Assembly (NCBI GenBank): GCA_965248835.1
Contig: CBDFLJ010000002.1
Span: 2,080,001-2,144,000, forward strand
Length of the DNA: 64,000 nt
From: Alphaproteobacteria bacterium
GTDB lineage: Bacteria > Pseudomonadota > Alphaproteobacteria > MPNO01
Direction: 5' to 3'
Below are positions 49,907 through 59,418 of this stretch, piece by piece (the first letter of the stretch is position 1; each line of letters opens with the position of its first letter). The notes under the pieces were generated by a model, which ran no database searches, was not told where the DNA came from, and saw nothing but the letters and a program-made list of their open reading frames with translations. The position numbers and the translations under genes are program-made.

Positions 49907-52900
49907 ATGCCTGATTTCAATGCCGCGAAGAATTCAGGGCCGGGAGACCGGACGCTGCACCAGATTTCGGGACGGAATCGGAAAACGTCGAGAGCGATCC
50001 TCGTCTGCCTGATCAGTGGGTTTCTCTCAGTCGGCGCGGCCTGCCTTGCCGAATCGGCGGCCACGGCCGGAGGTGGACAGAGCGGTTTCGTGGATATCAC
50101 TGCCGCGCTCGGTCTCGACTACCATGTGAAATCCGATCCGGAAGGAGAGGAAGCGGAGACGGACGGTCCAGACAGGGAGAATGGAGGCCTGGCGCTTGTC
50201 GACATCGACAATGACGGCAGGCTCGAACTCTACGTCGCGCACGGACGCGGCGAGACGGGCCGGCTGTTCAGCTACGACGGCAGCCGGTTCACGCGGCTCG
50301 CCGGCAATCGGGGCATCGAGCCGACGAGGATGGATCGTGCGGGATATTTCATCGATCTCGACCATGACGGCCGGCAGGACTTCGTGTCGGTCCAGTCGCG
50401 AGGCGTGGAAGCGTTCCGAAACGATGGCACGGGACAGTTCGTTGAGACGACGGGCCTGTTCGGCATCCGGCACGACAGAAGCACCCACTCGATGGCCGCC
50501 GCCGACATCGACAATGACGGTGACCTCGACCTGTTCTTCGCGCACTGGGGGAACATCTGGAACAGGTTCAGGCCGCCCTCGCACTATCTCTGGCGCAACG
50601 ACGGCAGGGGGCGCTATGCGGACATCAGCCACGTCGTGCCAATTCGCCCCACCGTGCATTATGAATTGGAAGGAAGCGCGCAGGACCCCTCCTACGAATA
50701 CTCCTTCACACCGACATTCGCGGATATCGACGCCGACGGGGATCCCGACATTCTGCTGGCAGGTGATTTCGGCTCCAGCCAGATCCTGCGGAACGAGGCC
50801 GGCACGGCGTTCGTCGACACAGGCGGCGGTGCGATCACCGACGAGAACGGCATGGGCGCCGCGGTCGGAGACTACGACCGGGACGGCGACCTGGACTGGT
50901 TCGTGACCAGTATCCATGACGCGGACGGCAATTCCGGCTTCGGCCCGACCGGAAATCGACTTTACCGCAATATCGACGGAACCGGCCGGTTCAAGGACGC
51001 GACCGAAGACGCAGGCGTGCGCGAGGGCGGCTGGGCCTGGGGCACCTGCTTCGCGGACTTCGACAATGACGGTCATCCGGACCTGTTCCAGACCAATGGC
51101 TGGTTCGGCGAATACATCGACGATGCCGAGGGCGAGTCCGTCGAGGTCACCGAGTTCCTGGAGGATCCGTCGCGGTTGTTCATGTCCAACGGCGACGGAA
51201 CATTCACCGAGCGCGCGTCCGAGCTCGGCATCCGTCATTCGGGCCAGGGGCGCGGTGTCGTGTGCCACGACTACGACGGCGACGGCAGGGTGGACATTTT
51301 CATCGCAAACAACGCCGCCGCGCCGACCGTCTATTCCAACGTCTTCGAGAACAACCACCATTGGCTCGCGATCGACCTGGTCGGCCGGTATGCGAACCCG
51401 CACGGGATCGGCGCGCGAGTCACCGTCCGCACGGCATCCGGCAATCAGATGCAGGAGATGCGACTCGGCAGCGCGTACCTGTCCCAGGCTCCTCCGATCC
51501 TCCACTTCGGCCTGGGCCGCGACCGGACGGCGGCCGTGATCGAGGTGCGGTGGCCCGGCCCCGGCAACCAGGTCAGCCGGCTGGAGAACGTCATCGCGGA
51601 CCGGCGCCTGACCATCCGTCAACCGGCGCCCGCCGGCTTTGCGCTCGGCGTCGTGGACGGCGCCGGCGGCGGCCTCCATGGCGAAGGCACGACGATCTCG
51701 ATCAAGGCGGCCGAACCCGCGAGAAACCATAGTTTCAGCCACTGGACCAGCGAAGGAGGCGGCGCGTTCGGCGATGCGCGGTCGCCAGAAACCACCTTCA
51801 CGATGCCCGCGAACCCGGTGACGGTGTTCGCCCATTTCCCGCCCGGACCGCCGCCGTCCAAGGCGGGCGTCTCGGTCGCGAGACGCTGGATCGAGGTGAT
51901 GCTGCAGGCGATCCGCGACGATTTCGCCCGCCCGACGGTCCATGCCCGCAACCTCTTTCATCTCTCGGCCGCGATGTACGACGCCTGGGCCGCGTATTCG
52001 GAATCCGCCAAACCCTACCTGCTCGGCGACGCCGACGCCGCGTGCATTCCCACGAGCGTCCCGCCCGCCGGCGATGTCCGGCGTGCCGCACAGGAGGAAG
52101 CGATCAGCCACGCCGCCTGGCGCATCGTCCGGCATCGCTTCCGGCAGTCGCCGAATGCCCGTCGCACCCGGAAGAACGCCGATACCCTGATGTCCGCCCT
52201 GGATTACGACACCGGTGCCGGGTTCGCGGGTACGGCGATCCGACCGGCCGCGGGCCTGGGCAAATGCATCGGCGAGTTCTATATCGCCCGCGGCCTGACG
52301 GACGGCTCGAACGAAGCGAATGCCTACCGGGCAGAAAATTATCGCCCCGTCAATCCGTCCATGGAACCGTACGACCCGGGCAATCCTGAATTGGAAGATC
52401 CCGACCGCTGGCAACCGTTGTCGCTGGGCCGGTTCGTCGATCAGTCGGGTTTCCTGATCGCGACCGGCGCTTCCGATTTCGTGACGCCCGAATGGGGCCG
52501 CGCGGCGCCGTTCGCGCTGACCGGGGACGATCTGACCGTCCATCAGCGGGACGGCGCCGCGTATTACGTCTATCACGACCCGGGGCCGCCGCCGAGCTTC
52601 CGCGGTCCGCTCGCCGACCTCTACAAATGGGGGTTTTCCCTGGTCGCCCTATGGTCGTCGCAGCTGTCGCCGGAGGACGGCGTGCTGATCGACATCGCGC
52701 CGTCCGGTATCGGCAACATCCGCGCCTTGCCCCGCAGGTTCGAGGACCATGTCGATTTCTACGACTCCGGTGCCGGAGGCCCGGGCCACGGGATCAACCC
52801 GGCAACCGGCAAGGCCTATGAACCCCAGTTGGTGCCCCGGGGCGACTATCTCCGCGTGCTGGCGGAATTCTGGGCCGACGGACCCGACTCCGAAACGCCC

Positions 52901-53710
52901 CCCGGCCACTGGTTCGTGATCCTGAACACGGTCAACGACCATGAGCTGCATGTCAGGCGGTTCGGCGGCGAAGGCCCCGAGCTCGGCGCCCTGGAATGGG
53001 ACGTCAAGGCCTACTTCGCCCTGGGCGGGGCCATGCACGACGCCGCCATCGCCGCCTGGGGGATCAAGGGCTGGTACGACTATATCCGGCCGATCTCGGC
53101 CCTGCGGGCCATGGCCGAGCGCGGGCAATCGAGCAATCCGGCGCTGCCCTCCTGGTCCGCCGACGGCATCCCGCTGGTCGAGGGATCGATCGAGCTGGTC
53201 GGTCCCGACGATCCTCTTGCCGGCGAACACGGCGAGCACGTCGGCGAAATCAAGCTACGTGCGTGGCGCGGCCCCGACTTCATCGACGATCCCGCGGCCG
53301 ATGCGGCCGGGGTCGGCTGGATCCTTGCCGGGAACTGGTGGCCCTATCAGCGGCCGTCCTTCGTCACGCCGCCGTTCGCCGGCTACGTGTCCGGCCATTC
53401 GACCTACTCGCGGGCGGCCGCGGAGGTGCTGACCGCGCTGACCGGCGATCCCTTTTTCCCCGGAGGCATGAGCGAATTCGAAATCACCGCGAACGACTTC
53501 CTGGTGTTCGAGCGCGGCCCCTCCGTCGACATGACCCTGCAGTGGGCGACCTACCGCGACGCCGCCGACCAGTGCAGCCTGTCGCGCATCTGGGGCGGCA
53601 TCCATCCGCCGGCCGACGACATTCCGGGGCGTCTCATCGGCGCCAGGATAGGCCTCGATGCCTTCAGCTTCGCGAAATCCTATTTCCGGCCGCTGCCGCC
53701 CCGCCGTTAG
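49907..53710 (+). CDS. Secreted FG-GAP/CRTAC1 beta-propeller plus ASPIC/UnbV domain fused to a vanadium-dependent haloperoxidase-like domain
   Basis: Repeated DxDxDGxxD motifs, GIGARVTV..HFGLG..IEVRWP (UnbV), then KGWYDYIRP, PPFAGYVSGHS and SRIWGGIH vanadate/phosphate-binding motifs. Confidence 0.88.
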   Translation: MPDFNAAKNSGPGDRTLHQISGRNRKTSRAILVCLISGFLSVGAACLAESAATAGGGQSGFVDITAALGLDYHVKSDPEGEEAETDGPDRENGGLALVDIDNDGRLELYVAHGRGETGRLFSYDGSRFTRLAGNRGIEPTRMDRAGYFIDLDHDGRQDFVSVQSRGVEAFRNDGTGQFVETTGLFGIRHDRSTHSMAAADIDNDGDLDLFFAHWGNIWNRFRPPSHYLWRNDGRGRYADISHVVPIRPTVHYELEGSAQDPSYEYSFTPTFADIDADGDPDILLAGDFGSSQILRNEAGTAFVDTGGGAITDENGMGAAVGDYDRDGDLDWFVTSIHDADGNSGFGPTGNRLYRNIDGTGRFKDATEDAGVREGGWAWGTCFADFDNDGHPDLFQTNGWFGEYIDDAEGESVEVTEFLEDPSRLFMSNGDGTFTERASELGIRHSGQGRGVVCHDYDGDGRVDIFIANNAAAPTVYSNVFENNHHWLAIDLVGRYANPHGIGARVTVRTASGNQMQEMRLGSAYLSQAPPILHFGLGRDRTAAVIEVRWPGPGNQVSRLENVIADRRLTIRQPAPAGFALGVVDGAGGGLHGEGTTISIKAAEPARNHSFSHWTSEGGGAFGDARSPETTFTMPANPVTVFAHFPPGPPPSKAGVSVARRWIEVMLQAIRDDFARPTVHARNLFHLSAAMYDAWAAYSESAKPYLLGDADAACIPTSVPPAGDVRRAAQEEAISHAAWRIVRHRFRQSPNARRTRKNADTLMSALDYDTGAGFAGTAIRPAAGLGKCIGEFYIARGLTDGSNEANAYRAENYRPVNPSMEPYDPGNPELEDPDRWQPLSLGRFVDQSGFLIATGASDFVTPEWGRAAPFALTGDDLTVHQRDGAAYYVYHDPGPPPSFRGPLADLYKWGFSLVALWSSQLSPEDGVLIDIAPSGIGNIRALPRRFEDHVDFYDSGAGGPGHGINPATGKAYEPQLVPRGDYLRVLAEFWADGPDSETPPGHWFVILNTVNDHELHVRRFGGEGPELGALEWDVKAYFALGGAMHDAAIAAWGIKGWYDYIRPISALRAMAERGQSSNPALPSWSADGIPLVEGSIELVGPDDPLAGEHGEHVGEIKLRAWRGPDFIDDPAADAAGVGWILAGNWWPYQRPSFVTPPFAGYVSGHSTYSRAAAEVLTALTGDPFFPGGMSEFEITANDFLVFERGPSVDMTLQWATYRDAADQCSLSRIWGGIHPPADDIPGRLIGARIGLDAFSFAKSYFRPLPPRR

Positions 53711-53824
53711 TCGCGGCGTTTGCGGTCCTCGGGCAGGCGCTGTCGGGCGATAGCTCCCATCAATTGGCATTGAGACTGCGCATTGATCACGCACTCGTCG
53801 CCGCCATTGAAGCTGGCGGTTGCA

Positions 53825-54196
53825 CTAATCGTCGTCAACATCCGACCTGTTGCAGAGATCGCTAAGATCCTTGCAGCAGTGAACCCCCTCGACATTGAAG
53901 AAGCGGGTGTTTCTTTTCTTCTCATTACCGTGGTCCAAATGCCATGTGTAGTCCGTGGCATTCACTAAGTCGACCTTTACTACGACCGTACCAAGGTTCG
54001 AGCACTGGTTCTGGGCTTTAACTTCACCATGGCTCAGCCAATTTATACTGTTGTCCCACTCGGCGCGCAGGCAGTCGGCGTTATCGTGGCCGATTCTCTG
54101 GCCGATGCCGCAGGCGGCATGGGCCTGACCGGCAAGCGCCGCCGCCAATGCGAGCGCGACCACCGCCGAGACCGCATATGCTGCATGCCACTTCAT
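53825..54196 (-). CDS. Secreted Cys-rich protein, copy 5 (N-domain only, 123 aa, 6 Cys)
   Basis: RBS GGAGG; MKWHAAYAVSAVVALALAAALAGQAHAAC; VVVKVD, YTWHL, CCKDLSDLC; out-of-frame C-domain remnant (SFNGGDECVINAQ) downstream. Confidence 0.8.
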   Translation of the reverse strand: MKWHAAYAVSAVVALALAAALAGQAHAACGIGQRIGHDNADCLRAEWDNSINWLSHGEVKAQNQCSNLGTVVVKVDLVNATDYTWHLDHGNEKKRNTRFFNVEGVHCCKDLSDLCNRSDVDDD

Positions 54197-54313
54197 TTTC
54201 CGATCCTCCGGTTCCGTGCAGGGGCATCGCCATGGCACAGGCCGGACAGCGGGCCTGCTCGCGCGGTGCTCACCTGCCGCTGCCGGAAATCTTCGACAGT
54301 GGCGCGTCACTGT

Positions 54314-55076
54314 CAAGCCAATGTCGGGTTCGGAACATGGAGGACGGTGGTTTGGATTTCTCATGGAATCGCACCATGAGCAACTTGGTGGACTGTGATC
54401 GGGAGCAGGCGTTTCTGCTTCCTCCCGATCTGCGGGACCGGGTCCCGGAGGATGATTTGGCGCATTTCGTGATCGAGGCGGTCGAGCGCGTCGATCTGGG
54501 CGCCTTCAAGGTGAACCATCGTGGCACGGGCTCGGCGCAACATCACCTCCGGATGACGCTGGCCCTGCTGATCTACTGCTATGCCAATGGGATCTTCTCC
54601 AGCCGCCGGACGAGACGCCGGGTCCGGACGAGCGGAGCAATTCGAGCGGCCCGGACAGCCGGCTGATGCGCAAGAGCAACCAGCACGCGTATCGCCAAGC
54701 CTACAACGCGCAGGCGGTGGTGGATGCCGGCGGCAGTCGGTTGATCGCGAACGCGCGGATCAGCCAATGCGCCGGCGACCGCAACGAACTGGTGGCGGAT
54801 ATCGCGGCGATGCCGGCGCCGCCGGAGGCGAGCGGCATCGAAGCCTTGGTGTCGACCGCCGCGAGTAGCTCTCGCCTACAACTGCAAGCGCTTACACGAG
54901 CCGAGCCTGGCGACGTGAAGCACCCCGGTGGAGCATGTCGCGACAGAGCAAGGGCGGCCACGCTGCGAGACGCCGCCGAACCGGCAAACGGACTCTATCG
55001 AGAAGAAACCGACGCCAACTCAGCCCAGCAACAAAACCGTACGCGATCGATGAACCAAAGCCCGACGGACCGCTAG
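54314..55076 (+). mobile_element. Internally deleted IS1182-family element
   Basis: MSNLVDCDREQAFLLPPDLRD..DDLAHFVIEAVE..ALLIYCYANGIFSSRR from ATG 54376, and LMRKS..YRQAYNAQAVVD; right end ..cccgacggaccgctag; left end approximate. Confidence 0.8.
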
Positions 55077-55714
55077 AACGCCGTCTCGGCAACAGAGGAG
55101 CGGGCGGAGGCTTCGGCGTGCCAACGGGCCAGGTTGTCGTGGGTCTCCGGAATCGGCATTTCGATGAACTTGGCGAAGTCGACCGTGCAGACCGCGGTCA
55201 CGTCGGCCACGGTGAAGCGCTCGCCGGCCAGATAGCGCACTTCGCCCAGGCGCCGGTCGAGCTTGTCGTAGTAGAGCCCGACCCGCAGCTTGCCGCGCTC
55301 GACGAGTTCGGGGATCTGGCCGACCTCCCGGTCGATGCCGGCAAGCGGCCGGCCGGCGAACGAGCGCTTGGCGTTGCGGAACGCCTCGGAGACCGCGGCC
55401 AGCCCCTCGTACTCGGACAGCCGCTCCCACATCTCCGCCAGCGCGGTCTCGCGGGCATCGCTGCCCATCATCGCCGGGTCGGGGTGAAGCGTCTCGAAAT
55501 AGCGGCAGATCGCCATCGCCTCGCCGACGACCGTGCCGTCGTCGAGCTCCAGGATCGGCACCCGGCGGTGGCCGAATCTTTCGAGAAACGCGGGATCGAG
55601 GATCGGCTTGCCCGGCACGCCCACGTCCTCCATCGGGACCTCGATGCCCTTCTCCTTGAGTGTGATCAGCACCCGGCGCGGGTTGGGCGCGATGTTCCAG
55701 ACATAGAGCTTCAT
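55073..55714 (-). CDS. Glutathione S-transferase family protein
   Basis: APNPRRV, VPILELDDG..GEAMAICRY, YLAGERFTVAD. Confidence 0.92.
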   Translation of the reverse strand: MKLYVWNIAPNPRRVLITLKEKGIEVPMEDVGVPGKPILDPAFLERFGHRRVPILELDDGTVVGEAMAICRYFETLHPDPAMMGSDARETALAEMWERLSEYEGLAAVSEAFRNAKRSFAGRPLAGIDREVGQIPELVERGKLRVGLYYDKLDRRLGEVRYLAGERFTVADVTAVCTVDFAKFIEMPIPETHDNLARWHAEASARSSVAETAF

Positions 55715-55736
55715 GGCGCCTCGCGTGAATTGGCGT

Positions 55737-56609
55737 TCAGCCGAGCTCGGGCCCGGCCAGGGCGTAAATATAGTCCGGTTCGTCGAGCGGCGCCTGTTGG
55801 CCGCGCAGCATCCTGATATAGGGCCTCTGGAAGGCGAAACCCGAACCTTCCAGCCAGCCGATCAGAGCCCCATGGCGGTCGGGACAGTCGATCACCGCCG
55901 GGCCGTCCAGCCCGTCCAGCGCATGACGGGCAAGGTCGCGCGCGATGTTGGGGTCTTCGGCCACCAGCGGGCCGACCTGCATCGCCTGGCGGCCCTCGCG
56001 GGCCAGCACGTAGCCGGCCGGCGCTCCGCCGATGCGCGCGACATAGGCCCGGCCGGGCACCCGCCCGCGCAAGTGCGCGAGCAGCGCCGACCGGTCGCCG
56101 CCGAAGCGGGCGGCATCGTAGTCGGCGATCTCGCCGATATCGGCCTCGGCCAGGACGGCGATGCGCGCCGGGCAAGCCGGCGCATCGGCGGGCGCGACCG
56201 CCTCGGCCCACAGCCGCGCGATGGCGTAGATGTCGACAAACCCGAGATGGCGGTAGACCTCGCGCCCGGCCGGCGTCGCATCGAGCCCGGCGGTGGTCCC
56301 CGCAGCCTCGAGCTCGGCCAGCACCCGGCCCATCAGGTCGGTCGCGATCCCGCGCCGGCGCCAGTCGGGGCTGACCAGCACCATGCAAACCCAGGCGAAC
56401 CGGCCGTAGGGCAGCGCCATCGCCGAGCCGATCAGCTTGCCCTGCGCATCGCTCCGCCCGCTGCCGAAGCCGTTGGCCAGCATGTAGGACCAGTCCGCCG
56501 CGTTCTGATTCCAGCCGATCTCGGCCGACAGCGCCGCCCCTCGCCGGACATCGCCGGGGTCCAGCGGCGCCAGGTCCAACCCGTCAAAAGGATCCGTCGC
56601 GGCTGTCAT
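55737..56609 (-). CDS. GNAT N-acetyltransferase (tandem-domain, YitH-like)
   Basis: [39 protein letters not shown]. Confidence 0.85.
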   Translation of the reverse strand: MTAATDPFDGLDLAPLDPGDVRRGAALSAEIGWNQNAADWSYMLANGFGSGRSDAQGKLIGSAMALPYGRFAWVCMVLVSPDWRRRGIATDLMGRVLAELEAAGTTAGLDATPAGREVYRHLGFVDIYAIARLWAEAVAPADAPACPARIAVLAEADIGEIADYDAARFGGDRSALLAHLRGRVPGRAYVARIGGAPAGYVLAREGRQAMQVGPLVAEDPNIARDLARHALDGLDGPAVIDCPDRHGALIGWLEGSGFAFQRPYIRMLRGQQAPLDEPDYIYALAGPELG

Positions 56610-57618
56610 AGGCGGTCGGCTTGTCGAGGCTGTCCATGCCGCGCGCCACCCAATCGGCAACCCAGTCGATCATCCGTGACAACGGCACGCGCGGGTAGCC
56701 GAACAGGCCGTGGCAGGCGTCGGTGTTGACCAGCCAGCCGCGGTCGTCCTCCCGGCCGGTGATCTCCGGTCGCTTGTCCATCCGCCGGCCGAACGCCGCA
56801 GCCAGCGCGCGGACGCTGACGGTTTCCGGCCCGCTGACATTCAGCGGGCTCGCCGGAATGGTGCAATGGCCGAGGCAGCGCAGCACGATGGCGTTGGCGT
56901 CGCCCTGCCAGATCACGTTGACGTGGCCGGCGGTCACGTCGACCGGCTTGCCGTCGCGGATTTTGGTCGCGACGTCCCACAGGACGCCGTAGCGCATGTC
57001 GATCGCGTAGTTGAGCCGGATCAGCCGGCCCGGCGTGCCGTGATGGGCGGAGAAGAATTCGAAGGCCCGCTCGCGGGCCAGGCAGGACTGGGCGTACTCG
57101 CCCATCGGGGCCGGCGGCGTCGCCTCGTCGGCGCCGCCCTCGAGGATGTCGACGAACGGATAGACGTTGCCGGTCGAGAAGGCGACGATCCGCGCGCTCC
57201 GGAACGTCTCGGCGACGATCGCCGGGACGTGGGCGTTCATCGCCCAGGTCAGCGGCAGGTTGCCCGAGGTGCCGAATTTCCGCCCCGCCATGAAGACCAC
57301 GTTCGCGACCTGCGGCAACGCCTCGACTGCGGCGCGGTCCAGCAGGTCGCAGCGGATGGTCTCGATCCCGTGCGCGGCGAGCGCGGCCTCCAGCCCCGGT
57401 GCGGAGAAGCGCGCAACGCCGATGATGCGCTTGCCGGGCGCGGCGCGCTTTGCCAGCCGGGCCAGGGTGGGACCCATCTTGCCGCCGACCCCGAGGACGG
57501 CGATGTCCCCGTCGATTTCGGCCAGGTCCGCGACGAGCGCCTCATCGGGCGCGGTCATGAAGTCCTCGAGCGCGGCGACGTCGGCGAAACGCTCGGGCCA
57601 ATCCGGCACGGGGCTCAT
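56584..57618 (-). CDS. NAD-dependent epimerase/dehydratase family protein
   Basis: GVGGKMG, AGRKFG, STGNVY, YAQSC, RLNYA. Confidence 0.85.
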   Translation of the reverse strand: MSPVPDWPERFADVAALEDFMTAPDEALVADLAEIDGDIAVLGVGGKMGPTLARLAKRAAPGKRIIGVARFSAPGLEAALAAHGIETIRCDLLDRAAVEALPQVANVVFMAGRKFGTSGNLPLTWAMNAHVPAIVAETFRSARIVAFSTGNVYPFVDILEGGADEATPPAPMGEYAQSCLARERAFEFFSAHHGTPGRLIRLNYAIDMRYGVLWDVATKIRDGKPVDVTAGHVNVIWQGDANAIVLRCLGHCTIPASPLNVSGPETVSVRALAAAFGRRMDKRPEITGREDDRGWLVNTDACHGLFGYPRVPLSRMIDWVADWVARGMDSLDKPTAYDSRDGSF

Positions 57619-58508
57619 GGCGCCTCGAAGTCGAACAGCCGTGCGGGGTTGTCGACCAGCATCCTGCGGCGGAGGTCGGCATCGGGAACCATCACCGGGA
57701 CCAGGTCCACCAGATCGCCGTCGTCGCACATCCGGCCCGGCTCCCAGCGCTGGGTGTGCGGCCAGTCGGTGCCCCAGATCAGCCGGTCGGGCGCGGCGGC
57801 CTCGAGCGTGGCCGCGACATAGGGCATCACGTCTTCATAGGGGTGGCCGGTCCTGCTGAGCCGCTCGGGACAGCAGATCTTCGCCCACACGTGGTCCTCG
57901 CCCAGGAGATCGCGATAGACGCCGAACGCCTCCTGGCCGAGGCCGGCGGTCACGTCGATGCGCCCGAAGTGATCGATCACCACCGGGATCGGAATGGCGC
58001 GGATCCATTCCGCGGCGCGGATCAGGTCCTCGGGCATGGCGTGCAAGGTCACCGACCAGCCGAAACCGGCGATCGCGGCGATCACGCGGTCGAACATCGC
58101 CAGGTCGATGGCGGTGCCGCGGGACTCGATCAGAGTGAGCCGCACGCCGCGCGCGCCCTGGTCGTGGAAAGCGCGGTAGTCGGCGGCATCGAAGCGGTCG
58201 TCGGCCTTGAGCACGGCGCGGAACCGGCCGTCCGAACGCGCGACAGCATCCAGACTCACCGCATTGTCGAAGCCGTGGCCCATCGGCTGGGTGACGACGC
58301 CGCGGTCGATCCCGAGGATCGCGGCGAGGCTCAGATAGTGCTCCAGCGGCGCGGTCGAGGGCGTATAGGCGCGCTCGGGCGCGAACGGGAAAATGTCCGG
58401 CGGGCCGAAGACATGGAAATGCGCATCCACCGTGCCCGCCGGCAGCTTGAAGTGCGGTGTCCTCGGGTTCGGCACCGGGGGATAGCAGACGCGAAATCGC
58501 TCTGGCAT
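57615..58508 (-). CDS. Amidohydrolase-2 family lactonase (2-pyrone-4,6-dicarboxylate hydrolase LigI-like)
   Basis: [30 protein letters not shown]. Confidence 0.85.
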   Translation of the reverse strand: MPERFRVCYPPVPNPRTPHFKLPAGTVDAHFHVFGPPDIFPFAPERAYTPSTAPLEHYLSLAAILGIDRGVVTQPMGHGFDNAVSLDAVARSDGRFRAVLKADDRFDAADYRAFHDQGARGVRLTLIESRGTAIDLAMFDRVIAAIAGFGWSVTLHAMPEDLIRAAEWIRAIPIPVVIDHFGRIDVTAGLGQEAFGVYRDLLGEDHVWAKICCPERLSRTGHPYEDVMPYVAATLEAAAPDRLIWGTDWPHTQRWEPGRMCDDGDLVDLVPVMVPDADLRRRMLVDNPARLFDFEAP

Positions 58509-58566
58509 ACGACCAGCCTAGCCTATTGTGTCGGAGGATGGAATCGCGCGGAGGACATGCACGGAG

Positions 58567-59415
58567 ATGACCGCAGAGATCGCCAACGCGGGCCAGATCG
58601 CGTTCTGGAACGGCAAGGTGGGCGAGATGTGGACGGTCGACTGGGAGCACCGCGACCGCATGCACGCGCGCCTTGCCGCGGGCTCGATGGCGGCGGCCGA
58701 CTTCAAGCCGGGCGAGCGCGTCATCGACATCGGCTGCGGCTGCGGCACGTCTACGCTGGAGGTCGCCGAAGCGGTCGGACCGCGGGGCGCCGTAACCGGG
58801 ATCGATATCTCGCGTTCGATGCTCGACCTCGCGCGCGGGCGCGCCGAGACATCGGCGGTGCCGGGCGTCACCTTCGTCGAGGCCGATGCCTCGGTCCACC
58901 GTTTTCCGGAATCCGCGGCGGATGTGATCTATTCCCTCTTCGGGATGATGTTCTTCGAGAACCCGGAGACGGCGTTCACCAACTTCGCCCGCGCGTTGCG
59001 GCCGGGCGGTCGGCTCGTCTTCATCTGCTGGCGTCGGTTCGAGGTCAACGAATGGATCGCCGTGCCGTATGCGGCGGCCTGTGCGCTGGAAGAAATCCCG
59101 CCGCCATGGTGGCCCGGCGTGCCGGGGCCGTTCGCATTCTGCGACGACGGCCCGATTCGCGACCTTCTCCGGGGGGCCGGGTTCGTCGACATCGCCATCG
59201 AGGCCTTCGATGCGCCCCTGCTGCTGGGCGAGACCGCCGAGATCGCGGTCCGCAAGATCGCCAAGACCTCGCCGATTTCCGCCGGGCTCGCCGCCGTGGC
59301 GGCCGACCGGCGCGGCGCGGTGATGGACGCCGTCGCCCGGTCAATGGCACCCTTTGCCGGCAAGGACGGCGTCGCGATGGGCGGCGGCGCCTGGATAGTC
59401 ACGGCAAGGCGGTAG
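58567..59415 (+). CDS. Class I SAM-dependent methyltransferase
   Basis: VIDIGCGCG, GIDIS..ML, FGMMFF, ALRPGG. Confidence 0.9.
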   Translation: MTAEIANAGQIAFWNGKVGEMWTVDWEHRDRMHARLAAGSMAAADFKPGERVIDIGCGCGTSTLEVAEAVGPRGAVTGIDISRSMLDLARGRAETSAVPGVTFVEADASVHRFPESAADVIYSLFGMMFFENPETAFTNFARALRPGGRLVFICWRRFEVNEWIAVPYAAACALEEIPPPWWPGVPGPFAFCDDGPIRDLLRGAGFVDIAIEAFDAPLLLGETAEIAVRKIAKTSPISAGLAAVAADRRGAVMDAVARSMAPFAGKDGVAMGGGAWIVTARR

Positions 59416-59418
59416 GCG

